From the NCBI GenBank assembly GCA_012295275.1, contig CM022677.1:8246001-8310000 (forward strand): a stretch of DNA of 64,000 nt, given 5' to 3'. Shown here piece by piece: positions 12,201 to 26,200 of the stretch. Source of the DNA: Chrysomallon squamiferum. Its lineage: Eukaryota > Animalia > Mollusca. Numbering within the stretch: position 1 is the stretch's first letter; each line of letters begins with the position of its first letter. Made by a program: the position numbers and the translations under genes. A model generated the notes under the pieces. That model saw only the letters and a program-made list of their open reading frames with translations, was not told where the DNA came from and did no database searches.

Positions 12201-13900
12201 TGAGTGGAGGCCAGGAAGTGTACGAGTTTGTCTCTCGCTGAGTTGTTGTTACTGTTTGTGAGGTCTGTGTTATTTTCTTGTTTGAAGAGTTGTAAATGGT
12301 TGTAGTGTTTTGTTTTTTTGTTCACTGTTGTTTTGTGTTTGTGGGATTTCTCTTGTCTGTGTGTAATTTAAGTCTTTGTTGACTGTGGAGATCTTGAAGC
12401 CCAAGCTGTCTTCGATTATTGAAGTCGTCTGTGATGTTTTCTTGGTTGTTTCTGATGTTGTGCAGTTCGATGAGGAGGAAGACAATAATTTTTGTATTTT
12501 GCAATTCTGACCTCCTTTGTTCGATTTTGGGGCATTTTTTGTTAACGTTTCGTAGAATTTTGTTTTCTCATCTGTTGTAATATTTGATGGACACATTTTG
12601 TAATGTGGTGTGTGTGGACCCTGGCAATTCGCGCACTTTGCCAGAGAACAGCATTGGCCTGAGTTTCTGTGGTGATTTCCACTGCAGACAGTGTCTGCAC
12701 TTGGGCAACTGCGGCCTCATTTCTGTGAGCGTCTCTGTACCCATCAATGGTGATGGTTGTGTTTGTTAATTACCTTCTAAATGTCAGCTTGGTCCAGTAG
12801 CTTGGATTTTTCCATATTTCCACACCGAATAATTTAGCTTTTGTTTGTTGTATTACTTCTTTGTTGAACATCTCAAAGAAATCATGCTTGTATACATACA
12901 GGTAATAAAACCCAAATCTTTGGAGATGTATTTGTGAAATGTTGTTTCTTTGTTTTTGTTGACTGGGTTACTGTTGTTGTGTAATAATTTGTTTGGGTTG
13001 TTGTTGTTGTGTAAATATTTGTTTGGGGTTGTGTAATGTATTTGTTTGTTGTTGTAATGAGTATTTGTTTGTTTTGTTGTGTAATGAGTGTTTGTTTTGG
13101 CTACTGTTGTTGTGTAATGAGTGTTTGTTTTGTTGTTGTGTAATGAGTGTTTGTTTTGGTTGTTGTTGTTGTGTAATGAGTGTTTGTTTTGGTTGTGTAA
13201 TGAGTGATTGTTTTGCTGTTGTTGTTGTGTAATGAGTGTTTGTTTTTGCTGTTGTTGTGTAATGAGTGTTTGTTTTGGCTGCTGTTGTTGTAATGAGTGT
13301 TTGTTTTGCTGCTGTTGTTGTTGAGTAATGAGTGTTTGTTTTGGCTGCTGTTGTTGTGTAATGAGTGTTTGTTTTGGCTGTTGTTGTTGTGTAATGAGTG
13401 TTTGTTTTGGCTGCTGTTGTTGTGTAATGAGTGTTTGTTTTGGCTGCTGTTGTTGTGTAATGAGTGTTTGTTTGTTTTGGAGTGTTTGTTTTTGCTGTTG
13501 TTGTGTAATGAGTGTTTGTTTTGGCTGCTGTTGTGTGAGCAGTGTTTTCCTGGGTTGTGGTGTGGGTGTTTTCTTTGTTTGTTGTCAACAGAGGAAAACC
13601 CTGACAGTAAATACTTCATCCCAGATAGTTATGCTGGGACCTATAGCTTTTAATGATTTTTTATCTATTTCGAAATATATTTGTTTTCCAGTTTGATTTT
13701 TGTTCATTTTAGTTGTTTTGTAGATGATGTGTATTTGCGCTTCTAATAAATATCGATGTCTGTGGGTTTTTTTGTGAATCGCGATGGTGACTCGGTGTTC
13801 AATACGTTTTATTTTTTTCCTTTTTATTGTTTCCCAAATGTATCATAATATTATTTTAGATGTCATAATATGCAACAGTTTTTGCAGCCAGAAAATAACA
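9290..13900 (-). mobile_element. Degenerate non-LTR retrotransposon (LINE, I/Nimb-like)
   Basis: Minus-strand motifs in order: ORF1 knuckle KCANCQGPHTPHYKMCP (~12640-12590); APE motifs CIQETWL, YSPP, IIVGDFNCH (~12180-11840); RT motifs TGPDKISY, LDIEKAFDMVW, GIPQGSVISP, ALFADD (~10950-10230); ISRTSWGA; C-terminal PNCSCGLSETMKHYL knuckle (~9640-9600). Many frameshifts; the RNase H region appears deleted. Ends are approximate. Confidence 0.92.
12960..13535. repeat. ~33-bp minisatellite inside the LINE 5'/ORF1 region
   Basis: Repeats of gtaatgagtgtttgttttggctgctgttgttgt. Confidence 0.95.
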
Positions 13901-14310
13901 AATGATCCCAAATAAATCCTATTTTACAAAACGATTTAAATCAAGATTGATTAAAAACAAATTACCAGATAATTTTCATTTTTATTATTATATGTGTGTG
14001 TGTGTGTTTGCTATCTTCTGTCTTCTTGTTTCTTCTTTTCTTCTTGTTTTTTCTTATTCCTGTGTTTATTTATATTTGTTTTAATTTTTGTGTTTTCTTT
14101 AAAGTTATTTTTTTGTTTATTTTTTTTATCCTATTTACCATGATTATTGTTGCTTCTTTTCTTTTACATTGCAATTTCTTCAAAATCTTCCTTTTCTTCT
14201 TGTGTGTACCTCTTGTCTGTGTTGATTTTCGGTTATTTTATTCATAAGCAAGATTTTTGTAATATACAATTTACTTACTATTTTTTTTTCTATATTTTTT
14301 CTTTCCACAG

Positions 14311-14739
14311 AACTGACATGGGTTTCACATCAATGAAAAAGAAACAGCAGTCAGCACCAAAAACACCAGTACCACCATTAGAGCTGAGACAAACTGACAT
14401 CACCACACCAACCACTGAAAACTCAAACTCCTGTCCAAGAAACATCCAGACACACTAGAAAAGAAACCAGAAACACCACCACCCATTCCTGAGGTATTTC
14501 AGTAAAAATAATGTCTAAGAAAGAAAGTGAACAAACTGCTGAAACAACTCTGACAAAAGAAAAGAAATTAGTTTCAAAACTTTCTTTCAGTAAGGGTGAC
14601 AGCGTGGAAGATATGCATCCACACACACAGAACAAGTTTGATCATTTTTGTTGAAAGCAGCCAGACCAAGACTTAAACTGACACAAGCTTTACAACTTAG
14701 TCACTTAGTCAGATATTAAAAACTTAAAAAAATATTCAG
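14311..14739 (+). pseudogene. Decayed K/T/P/S-rich exon (paralog of 48561-49027)
   Basis: ccacag|..MGFTSMKKKQQSAPKTPVPPLELRQTDITTPTTENSNS..|gtgaac; frameshifted relative to the minus-strand copy. Confidence 0.65.
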
Positions 14740-14879
14740 GTGAACATGTCTGTAAATATGTCTTAGTCTATCTGTCTGTTTCTCTCTCTGTCTGCCTCCC
14801 TATTTATTTATTTTATTTTTATGTCTGCTTTTCTGTTTGTGTGTATTTCTTTCCTTGAAAATGTTCAGATAAATATGTT

Positions 14880-15140
14880 TGTCTTTCTGAAAATCTGTTT
14901 ATATATTTATGTCTCTACTTACTATATACTTATATGTTTGTCTGTGTGTATTTCTTTCTGAGAATCTGTCTATATACCTATGTCTGTACTTACTATATAC
15001 TTATATGTTTGTCTATGTGTATTTCTGAGAATCTGTCTATATACCTATGTCTGTACTTACTGGATACTTATATGTTTGTCTGTGTCTATTTCTTTCTGAG
15101 AATCTCTCTGTTTACCTGTGTCTCTACTTAATATATACTC
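14880..15140. repeat. ~70-bp tandem repeat, 3-4 units
   Basis: Units resemble atacttatatgtttgtctgtgtgtatttctttctgagaatctgtctatatacctatgtctgtactt. Confidence 0.85.
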
Positions 15141-15964
15141 ATCTGTTTGTCCTTCTGTATGTCAGTCTCTGTCTTCATAACATTTCTTATTTCTTCCTAA
15201 TTAGCAAGTTTCTTTCTTTTCTTTATGATTTTTAACAATTATTGTCTAAGTTGTAACAAAGTATAACAAAGAAAGAAAATATTATATATAATCTTTAAGT
15301 TCTCTTTTGATAATTCTGAATATAAATAGCTTAAGAATCAGTTATTTAAATAATTCTAAATTTATTTATAGTTTTAATTTATAAAAATGCTCTTAAAACA
15401 AGTTTTAGTAGACAGTTGATTATTTTTGTTTTATTTATTTTTATTTATTTATAAATCTTTCTATCTATCTTCTCTGTATCTATCTAATGTATGTATCTAT
15501 CATTTATTTATTAATTTATTTATTTATTTATTTATTTTATTATTATTTTTAATTTATTTAAAATATAATCATACAGAATTACATAATATTTGATATATAA
15601 TATTGTTAATCTTTTTATTATTATATTTAATATTACAACCTACTGAATCATTTAGTATTCTATATTTTCATTAATTATTAACACCTTTATTTTTGTTTAT
15701 TTACTTATTTTTTAACTAGGTTTAGAATTTATCATGAAACAGTCTTGGAATCCAGGCTTTCTGAGCTGTGTGTTTGGCAATGTGTTCTAACACAACAGTG
15801 ATCTTCCTTAACCTCATCACCGATAAAACAGACACTGAGAGTGCTGTGAGTAATCTTAATTATAACTGTTACAAAATATTTTATAACAATAATAATAATA
15901 ATAATAATAGTAGTAAATAATAATAGTACTACTACTACTACTACAACTAATAATAATAGAGATA

Positions 15965-16165
15965 ATTACTACTAGACAGATAATAGTGAATGTGTGTGTG
16001 AGTGTATATCAGCAATAGTGATAATTACTTCTACACAGGTAATGTGTGTGTGTGTGTTTGTGTGAGTGTGTGTTTCAGCAATAATTGCTACTACTCTGTT
16101 AATAGTGTGTGTGTGTGAGTGTGTGTGTGTTTCAGCAATTGTGATAATTGCTACTACTCTGATAA

Positions 16166-16199
<34 letters not shown>

Positions 16200-16582
16200 C
16201 AGCAATAGTGTTAATTCCTACTACTAAGATAAAATAGTCTGTGTTTATGAGTGAATCAGGAATAATGTAATTGCTACTCAGATAATAGTGTGTGTGTGTG
16301 TGTGTGTGTGTCTGTTTCAGTGAATCAGCAATAGTGTGTGAGTGAATCAGCTACTCAGATAATACTACTAATGATACAATAGTGTGTTTGTGAGTGAGTG
16401 TGTGTATATCAGCAATAGTGATAATTGCTACTAATGATACAATAGTATGTTTGTGAGTGAGTGTGTATCAGCAATAGTGAAAGTTGCTACTACAGAGACA
16501 ATTGTGTGTGAGTGAGTGTGTGTGTCAGAAATAGTGTTAATTGCTACTACTCTCATAATAGTGATAATTCCTACTCAGATAA

Positions 16583-16617
<35 letters not shown>

Positions 16618-19600
16618 TAAATAGTGATAATTGCTATTCAGATAATGAGAATGTGTGAGTGAATCAGCAGTACTGATAATTGCTACTCAGATGAGTGAAT
16701 GTGTGAGTGTATCAGCAACAGTGGTTATTACTACTCTTGTAATAGTGAGTGTGTGTGTGTGAGTGAGTGTGTGTTTCAGCAATAATTGCTACTACTCTGA
16801 TAATAATGTGTGTGAGAGTGAGTGTGTGTTTCAGCAGTAATGATAATTGCTACTACTCAGCTAAAAGTGTGTGTGAGTGAGTATCAGAAATAGTGATAAT
16901 TGCTACTCAGATAATAGTGTGTGTGTGTGTCTGAGATTAAGTGTGAGTATCAGCAACAGTGATAATTGCTGATAATAGTGTGTATGTGTGAGAGTTAGTG
17001 TATCAGTAATAGTGAGTGTGTGTATCAGCAATAGTGTTAATTGCTACTACTGATAATAGTGTGTGTGTGTGAGTGAGTGAGTGTATCAGCAATAGTGATA
17101 ATTGCTACTACTCTGATAATAGTGTGTGTGTGAGTGAATCTGCAATAGTGATAATTGCTACTCAGAAATTAGTATGTGTGTATCAGCAATAGTGATAATT
17201 GCTACTACTCAGACAATAGTGTGTGTGTGTGAGTGTGTATCAGCAATAGTGAGTGATAATTGCTTCTACTCAGATAATCTGTGTGTGAGTGAATGAGCAA
17301 TAGTGATAATTGCTACTCAGAAAGTAGTTTGTGTGTATCAGCAATAGTGATAATTCCTACTACTCAGATAATAGTGCATGTGTATAAGTGAGTGTGTGTG
17401 TATCAGAAATAGTGATAATTGCTACTACTCATAATAGTGTGTAGGTGAGTGAGTGTATCAGAAATAGTGATAATTTCTACTCAGATAATGTGAATCTGTG
17501 ATGAATCAGCAATAATGATAATTGCTACTCAGATAATGTGAATGTGTGAGTGAATCAGCAATAGTGATAATAGCTACTCAGATAATAAATAATGGGTATG
17601 TGCGTGTGTGTGTGTGTGTGAGAGTGAGTGTCAGTGTATCAGCAGTAGTGATACTTTCTACTCAGATAATGGTGTGTATGTGTGAATGAGTTTGATTGTA
17701 TCAGTGATACTGATAATTGCTACTCTGATAATGTGTGAATGTGTGAGTATATCAGCAATAGTGTGTGAGTGAGTGAATCAGCAATAGTGATTATTGCTAC
17801 TCAGGTAATGGTGTGTATGTGTGAGTGAGTTTGAGTTCATGAGCCATAGTTATAATTGCTACTACTCAGATGCTAATGTGTGTATATTAGCAATGGAGAT
17901 AATTACTACTACTCAGATAATAGGTGTGTGTGTGAGTGTGTGTATCAACAATAGTGATAAGTGCTACTCAGATAATAGTATGTTTGTGAGTATGAGTGTA
18001 TCAGTAATAGTGATAATTGCTACTACTCAGATAATGTGTGTGTCAGCAATAGTCATAATTGATTGTCAGATAATTTGTGTGTGAGTGAATCAGCAATAGC
18101 GATACTTTCTACTTAGATAATGTGTTTATGTGTGAGTGAATCAGCAATAGTGATAACTGACAATCAGGCAATGTGTGTGTGTTAATTGCGACTACTGTCA
18201 TAAAAATGTGAAATGGTGATAATTCCTACTCAGGTAATAATGTGTTTGTGTGTGTATATCATCAATAGTGATAATTGCTACTCCGATAATGAGAATGTGT
18301 GAGTGAATCAGCAATAGTGATAATTGCTACTCAGATAATAGTGTGTGTAAATGAGTGTGTGTATCAGCAATAATGATAATTGTTACTACTCTGATAATAG
18401 TGTGTGTGTGTGTGTGTGTGTGAGTGAGTGTATCAGCAATAGTTATAATTGCTACTACTCTGATATTAGTGAGTGTGTATGTGTGAGTGAGTGTGTGTTT
18501 CAGAAATAATTGCTACTACTGATAATTGTGTGTGTGTGTATGAGTGAATGAGTTTATCAGCAATAGTGATAATTGCTACTACTCAGATAATAGTGTGTGT
18601 ATGTGTGTGAGCGAGTGTGTTTGTATCAGCAATAGTGTAAATTGTTAATGTGTGCATGTGCGTGTTTGGTGTCATCCCATCTTGTCAAATCCCATTTTGC
18701 CAAAATTAATACAGAAATAACAACGTGACTCTACCTCGCTGCTGAATGGGTTAATCCAACGTGGTAAATGTATTATTTGTTGTGTGTCTTGTGTGATCAT
18801 TTATTTCTTGAAAATCTGTTAATGCTCCTTTGTTTCACAAATTATTTTTTTTAGGTTATTAATCAATCTTCTCTGTCAGTTAAAAACAGTCAAATCTTGT
18901 GCCTATGTTTTTTGGAAAATTGGTTAATCTTCCTTTGTTTTACATAGTTTTCTTTAACCTGTTGATCAAATTTTCCTTGGCTTGTTTAACATTTTAAGTT
19001 GCATCCCGTGATGTTCTTCTCTTGCCCTGGTTTGTGGAACAAGTTTTACATTGTGCATGGATTCTTTGTTTCCCTCTCGTGTTTGTGTCGTTGCCAGGTT
19101 CCATTCAAGGCTCAACAGAGCTCTTCCCCACCAGCACCCCAACATCTACAAGTTTGTAGACCTCATCATCTCAAGAGACAGTTGTAGCCTGGAGCCAAGA
19201 CACCTCTCCAGTACCTCCATGTAGTTGTACACCTTGTGAAACTTGAACTTCGTGTATCTGAACACAGTGTCCCTGTATATAGTGCTTGAACTCTGAATAA
19301 TACTATCTCTGAACATAGTGCTTGAATATTAAATACACAAATACACAAATTCAACTTGTTTTGTTATTCCTCTGTGGCCGGTACATGGGATTTGACAGGA
19401 TGGGATGACACTCAACCCTGTGGCCTAGTCCACTGTCTTATTTGAGTACCGTGAATGGGATTAGTGATTTATTTATGTCTTCCACAAGATGGAATAGAAC
19501 CATGTGTTTGTGTGTGAGAGAGCGTGTGTATCAGCAATAGTGATTATTGCTACTCAGGTAATGTGTTTGTGTGTGGGGGTGAATGTGAGTTTATGAGCAA

Positions 19601-19690
19601 AAGTTATCATTGCTACTCAGATAATAGTGTGTGTGTGAGTGAGTGTGTATCAGCAATAGTGATAACTTCTACTCTGATAATGTATGTGGG
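15965..19690. repeat. Composite satellite (fixed core plus variable (GT)n spacer), interrupted at ~18660-19500
   Basis: Dozens of cagcaatagtgataattgctactactcagataatagtgtgtg.. units; the array resumes at ~19520-19690. Confidence 0.95.
18669..19411 (+). mobile_element. Mutator-like (MULE) non-autonomous remnant
   Basis: 27-bp TIRs, 26/27 identical: gtgtcatcccatcttgtcaaatcccat (18669) and atgggatttgacaggatgggatgacac (19385-19411). Internal 19087-19175 reads VARFHSRLNRALPHQHPNIYKFVDLI, matching the MULE C-terminal H..LN....HPNIW.F motif. No TSD seen. Confidence 0.75.
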
Positions 19691-19989
19691 TGTATGTTAA
19701 GAAGTATTTGGTTATCAGTTTACATTCAAATGCTGTGTACAAAATTATCAGGCCTGTTTTATTTAAATTTAAGATTCAGACAGATGGTAAGCTTGACATA
19801 ATAAATTATTTTTATATTTTTCAGTTAAAAAAATGCTAATTTTTATAAAATTAAATTATATTTTAATACAAAATAATCAGCACAAAAAATATCAGCAGCA
19901 ATATGTAATGTGGTGGTGATAGTAGCAACTATGATGTTGTAATAGTAGCACCAGCATCAGCAGTAGTAATAAATAAATAAATAAATAGT

Positions 19990-20058
19990 CTAAACCTAAC
20001 CCTTACCCTAGTCCTAACCCTAACACTAGTCCTTACCCTAACTCTAACCTAAGCTAAC
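19990..20058. repeat. Degenerate interstitial (CCCTAA)n-like tract
   Basis: aaacctaacccttaccctagtcctaaccctaacactagtccttaccctaactctaacctaa. Confidence 0.7.
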
Positions 20059-20175
20059 ACAATGGTAGAAATAAGAAAAAACAAGGAATACTTAGTAAAA
20101 GGATTTATTATTGTTAATGCTGTTGTTGTGTTGTTTTCTTTTTAAATTATTTATATAAATTTAATTAATTTTAAG

Positions 20176-21685
<1,510 letters not shown>

Positions 21686-21772
21686 GTATTCCATTTAAAT
21701 CATCAGTGTTTGATTAATTATATATAAATGTCATTTGGTTTACCTGATACTCACAGTATGTCAGCCTCTTGC

Positions 21773-21816
<44 letters not shown>

Positions 21817-24800
21817 TGTTACATCTACCTAATCCTATTAACTATATATCTATTTACTAGTGTATGTCTACAATAACCTGTCAGTCTGTCTGTCTGATTG
21901 TCTACATCATCAACCTATCTATCTACCCAATATCTACCAGTCTCTAAATAATGTTACTTAATAAATTTATCTATGTACCTCTGTATTCTTTTATTTTATA
22001 TTTGTCTATTTGTCTAACTTTCTGTCTGTCTGTAAGTCTGTGACTTTATGTAATTTAGTCTGTTTGTTTATCTATATATCTATCTATGTCTATATATATA
22101 TATATATATGTAAACATATAATCTGTAAATATCTGTTTTGGCAATTTTTTCTGTTAATATTTCTCCCAACTGTAACATTGTTCTTTAACACTAACAATGA
22201 TTATTATGAATAATTAAAAAAAATGTGTTTATTGTTATCTACATATTTGGACAACCAGTGATAGTGTCAAGAATTAACATAAAAGTTTATGATGTTAAAA
22301 TTACAGAACTGGAGACAAAAGTCAGGTATAGTGATGATGTTAGTCTTTTTATTTCTGTCTCACTGTCTCTGATTTTCTCCTAGCCACTCTAATTCTCTCT
22401 TTCACTTTCCATCTTTCTTTCACTGTCTTTCCCTGTTCAGAATGTGTATATTCATAATTATGATACCTAGGTGTGTCTGTTGTACATCTGATTTAACAAA
22501 GTAGTTGGTTTTTGCTTTGATGCTCATGGGAAGGAAACTATATAAATATGTTTGTTTAATATCTATGATCTATTAAAACATTTATGTCTAAATTGCCGGT
22601 TTAATTCTCCTTATTTAACATTTCTTTTTATGTCAAATTTCAGTCGTGAAGAACGTAACCACTGGTTTAATCTTAAAATTAGTCTCCCGCTTAACGATAT
22701 CTCACTTAAGGAACGGAAGAACAAAAACGAATAATAATGACGAAAACGTAAAAAAACAACAAAAAAAAACAAACAAAAAAAACAGATCACCACTTAAATA
22801 TGAGAATGAAAAGAAAAAGGAGCAAATTAAATAGCATAAAACAAAAAAACAAAAACAGCTGCTGTAGAGAAACGTACATCCTCACAAAGAATCAGCTGTT
22901 AGTCTACATGGAGTTTTTGCTTAAAATTATTTTTTTTTATAGTCACTAAAATCGAGTTTTCCTGCGATGAAATTTCCAAGATCACCAGTGTTGTCAGATC
23001 TGTAATATTCACAAGAAAGCTCCTTGAAGTATTCCAAAACTGTCTTCTTTATTTTATATTTTATTCTCAACTTGTAAAAGTAACCGTCGCGACTTTAGAA
23101 GACTGTAATTATAAATAATAGATAGATAATAAAATGTATCTCACGTTTCTCTGTCATATAGCCTTTTCTTTTTACAATATTTATTAATTAAAGAACATAG
23201 CACCACTTGATATTACGTTGCACATTTAATTATCACTCTAATATGTTGTTTAAGTAATAGAAAACCACATTAATTTCTAGTGATCAAACCTTTTCACTCT
23301 AAAAACGTTTATATATAAAGAAGACTTTTGAAGGTTTGTGCCGTCAACCTTTAATTAATTCTCACCTAATTTTCTGCCGATAACTTGAATACCACAACAG
23401 TATTTATCCTTTGGTTAATAGCAGTGGAGTAAAACGTGAACTTTTATTTTAATAAAAAATTACACATTATTCATGGGGCAGTGATGCTATATTTTAGTAT
23501 TTATATTCTGCAGTAATCATGAAAGGGAGATATATTGAAGACAATGCACACAGTAAAAGGTTACGGAGAAAAACGAAATTTTATTATAAAGCTGATATTT
23601 TAATAGGTTGAATGAGTTTTTGTTATAAAAACCAATATTTTATTCGTTCACTATTTTTTATTTTTAGCTACATTACATATTTATTAAAAATGTTGGGCTT
23701 CTCCTATAATATAAAATGCTAGTACCACAATTAAATATGGCTATATTATGCGGAGTAGACAATAAAACGTAATAAATATATGTAGCGTAAACTAGATAAA
23801 TAGTGCAGACGGTATTAAAATTGCATCTTATAACAAATTATCGGTGCTTATAGCGGTATATTTCACTGAAAACATCATGTATTTTTGGTCAGTCTCAATT
23901 TAGTTTTATGAACAGTGCTCGTATCACAAAATAAACGGTATATCTCAAGCTTAGAAAACGCTGATAATTTTTTTTTAAAAAGAATAGAAGAAAAGTCATG
24001 TTTAGTAATTTATTCTGAAATTATCATAAGCGTAGTTTATACATCGAATTTTAAAATCAAAGAAAATAACTTAATATTTTATTAATTACATTAATAACTC
24101 ACAAGATAATTTGTGAATTAATATTAATATAGAAACTGCTCCATATTTTTAATTATGCTTTCCGGTTCCATACAAAAGATCTTCATAACTGTGAGCTATC
24201 AGAAAAGGAAAATTATTAAAGAAATCTAAATATTTACATAGTGTAGAAATTCCTTTTTGAGTGCATGTAATACAGTATAGCAACACTGTCATACGTTGTT
24301 TTGTTATTTTATTATGCGGGCAATATCTTAGTGGAATAAACTTAATAAAATAAACTTTTTTCTCTGTTACTAATAAATCAAAGAAAATTACCGATATGCT
24401 ATTTCAAATTATTGGCAGAAACTTTGGCGAGATCGTGATGAAATAAGCTGATGTATTCGTAACAATTTTTTTGTTTTTAGAGCTCACTCGATAATAAATG
24501 TATCCTTTATAAACACGTGGTGTCAGTATCAGAAGCTTTTTACAGGAAAACGTGATAATTACTTACACGTTGATATTTAAATTTAATTCTACTTGGGGAG
24601 CTATGAGTACAATAGAAAACAGAAAATGTTTTGTTGCTTTTTTTAATAATTTTTTACCGAAACTGCCGCATGTTATCTAAAATAATATTATTGATGCTGA
24701 AAGATGAAGTTAGTTTCATTTTTACAACATCTTCGTCTCAGAATATTTTTTATTTTTTTATATATACATGGTAGAGTTTTTTATAGTAAAACTAATGACG

Positions 24801-25490
24801 TAATCGAGACCTGTTTTCCACTCACATGTCACTTTACGTCTGCTATAAAAACGTTTTAAATAATAAAAGCAGACAGTATAATAACAACTATTTGTTTATT
24901 AATGATATTATGCGTAGCTAAAAACAGAAGAAACACGACAGAACGCTCAATAATTGAAATAGGCTGTCTTAAATTCTACTATTTATATCATTTTCATTTT
25001 CATAAATAAGATTATTATTTTTCTTTAGCACTGCATCATTTAATGATTTAATTTGTATTTATTTATTTATTGTCAGTAATTTGTTTTTTCAATCCACACA
25101 GCACAAAACAGAACTGTTTTTCTATTATTAGCGAAATATATCAAAATATATTATTATTATATATCTAATTTACACTACTTTTACAACGAAAAGAAATCAA
25201 TACTTTTTGTTCTTTTTTGATTAAGATTTTCCTTAAAAGAGTAAATGAGAGAGAAACAGGTTTGTTGAAGAGTATTAAAATAATAATAAAATTATTATAA
25301 ACAACAGTAAAAATGCAAATGTATTAAATTTTTGCTGTAAAATGCTAAGTTTATAAAATATGAATAATAAATATGAAAATTAACGCATTTTTTATTATCA
25401 GCAATGGAATATATTTATATATCCATTTAAAAAATCCAGTTTCTTTCACAATAAACAGCAACATCTTACGAGGTACAATGAACATTAAAA

Positions 25491-25594
<104 letters not shown>

Positions 25595-25859
25595 TAGAGA
25601 GAGATGGTACAGATAAAAATAAACTTAGAGACAGACTGACAGAATATAGAAATATTTATAAATAGATGAATAATAGACTCATAGAAAGGAACAAAGATAA
25701 ATAGAAAGCCAACGAGGACCGTAAACAGAGAGCGAGAGAGAGTTTAGGAAGGTGCATGAACGGAAATAGAATTATGGATTGATAGAAAATGCGACAAGTG
25801 GGTATATTAGATATAATAATAATATATTTTAATACAGATGACACGCTCAGAAAATAAGT

Positions 25860-26200
25860 AGACAAATAACCTTAGGAACAACGCCGGTACGACGGCAACG
25901 ACTGCGACATTAATAGAAATTACAGTAATATATTTTAGAAGGCTCAGAAAGTATGAGGAATAATTAATAAAAAGCGCTAAAGAATAATGAGAAATACTCC
26001 AAGAAAGCTAGGAACAACGCCGTTACGACGGCAACGATGGTGATATTAATAGAAATAGTAATAATACATTTTTCTAAAGGATTTGATCGCTAAGGAAGTA
26101 TGAATAATAGTTAATAAAAAGCAAAAGAATAATGATAAGTACACCTAAAACATTAAGAACCCCTTCACGACTGCAATGATGGCAACATCAAAAAAGATAA
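25860..26200 (+). repeat. ~140-bp tandem repeat (about 3 units), also present at 56300-56520 (-) and 58560-58780 (+)
   Basis: taggaacaacgccggtacgacggcaacga..attaatagaaat at 25873 and 26009, with a degenerate unit at ~26154. Confidence 0.8.

Larger units (their letters stand above)
13990..15890 (+). repeat. Segmental duplication copy B (partner 6770-8110)
   Basis: The exon copy at 15736-15845 has a mutated acceptor (atcat vs atcag) but keeps the |gtgagt donor. Confidence 0.85.

Noticed and set aside
15965-18660. CRISPR-like repeat-spacer appearance
   Set aside because: Spacers are (GT)n microsatellites rather than unique sequence, repeats are degenerate, there are no cas genes, and the context is eukaryotic.
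22950-23050. Coding-like minus-strand peptide KTVLEYFKELSCEYYRSDNTGDLGNFIAGKLDFSD
   Set aside because: No clear splice sites or recognisable family.
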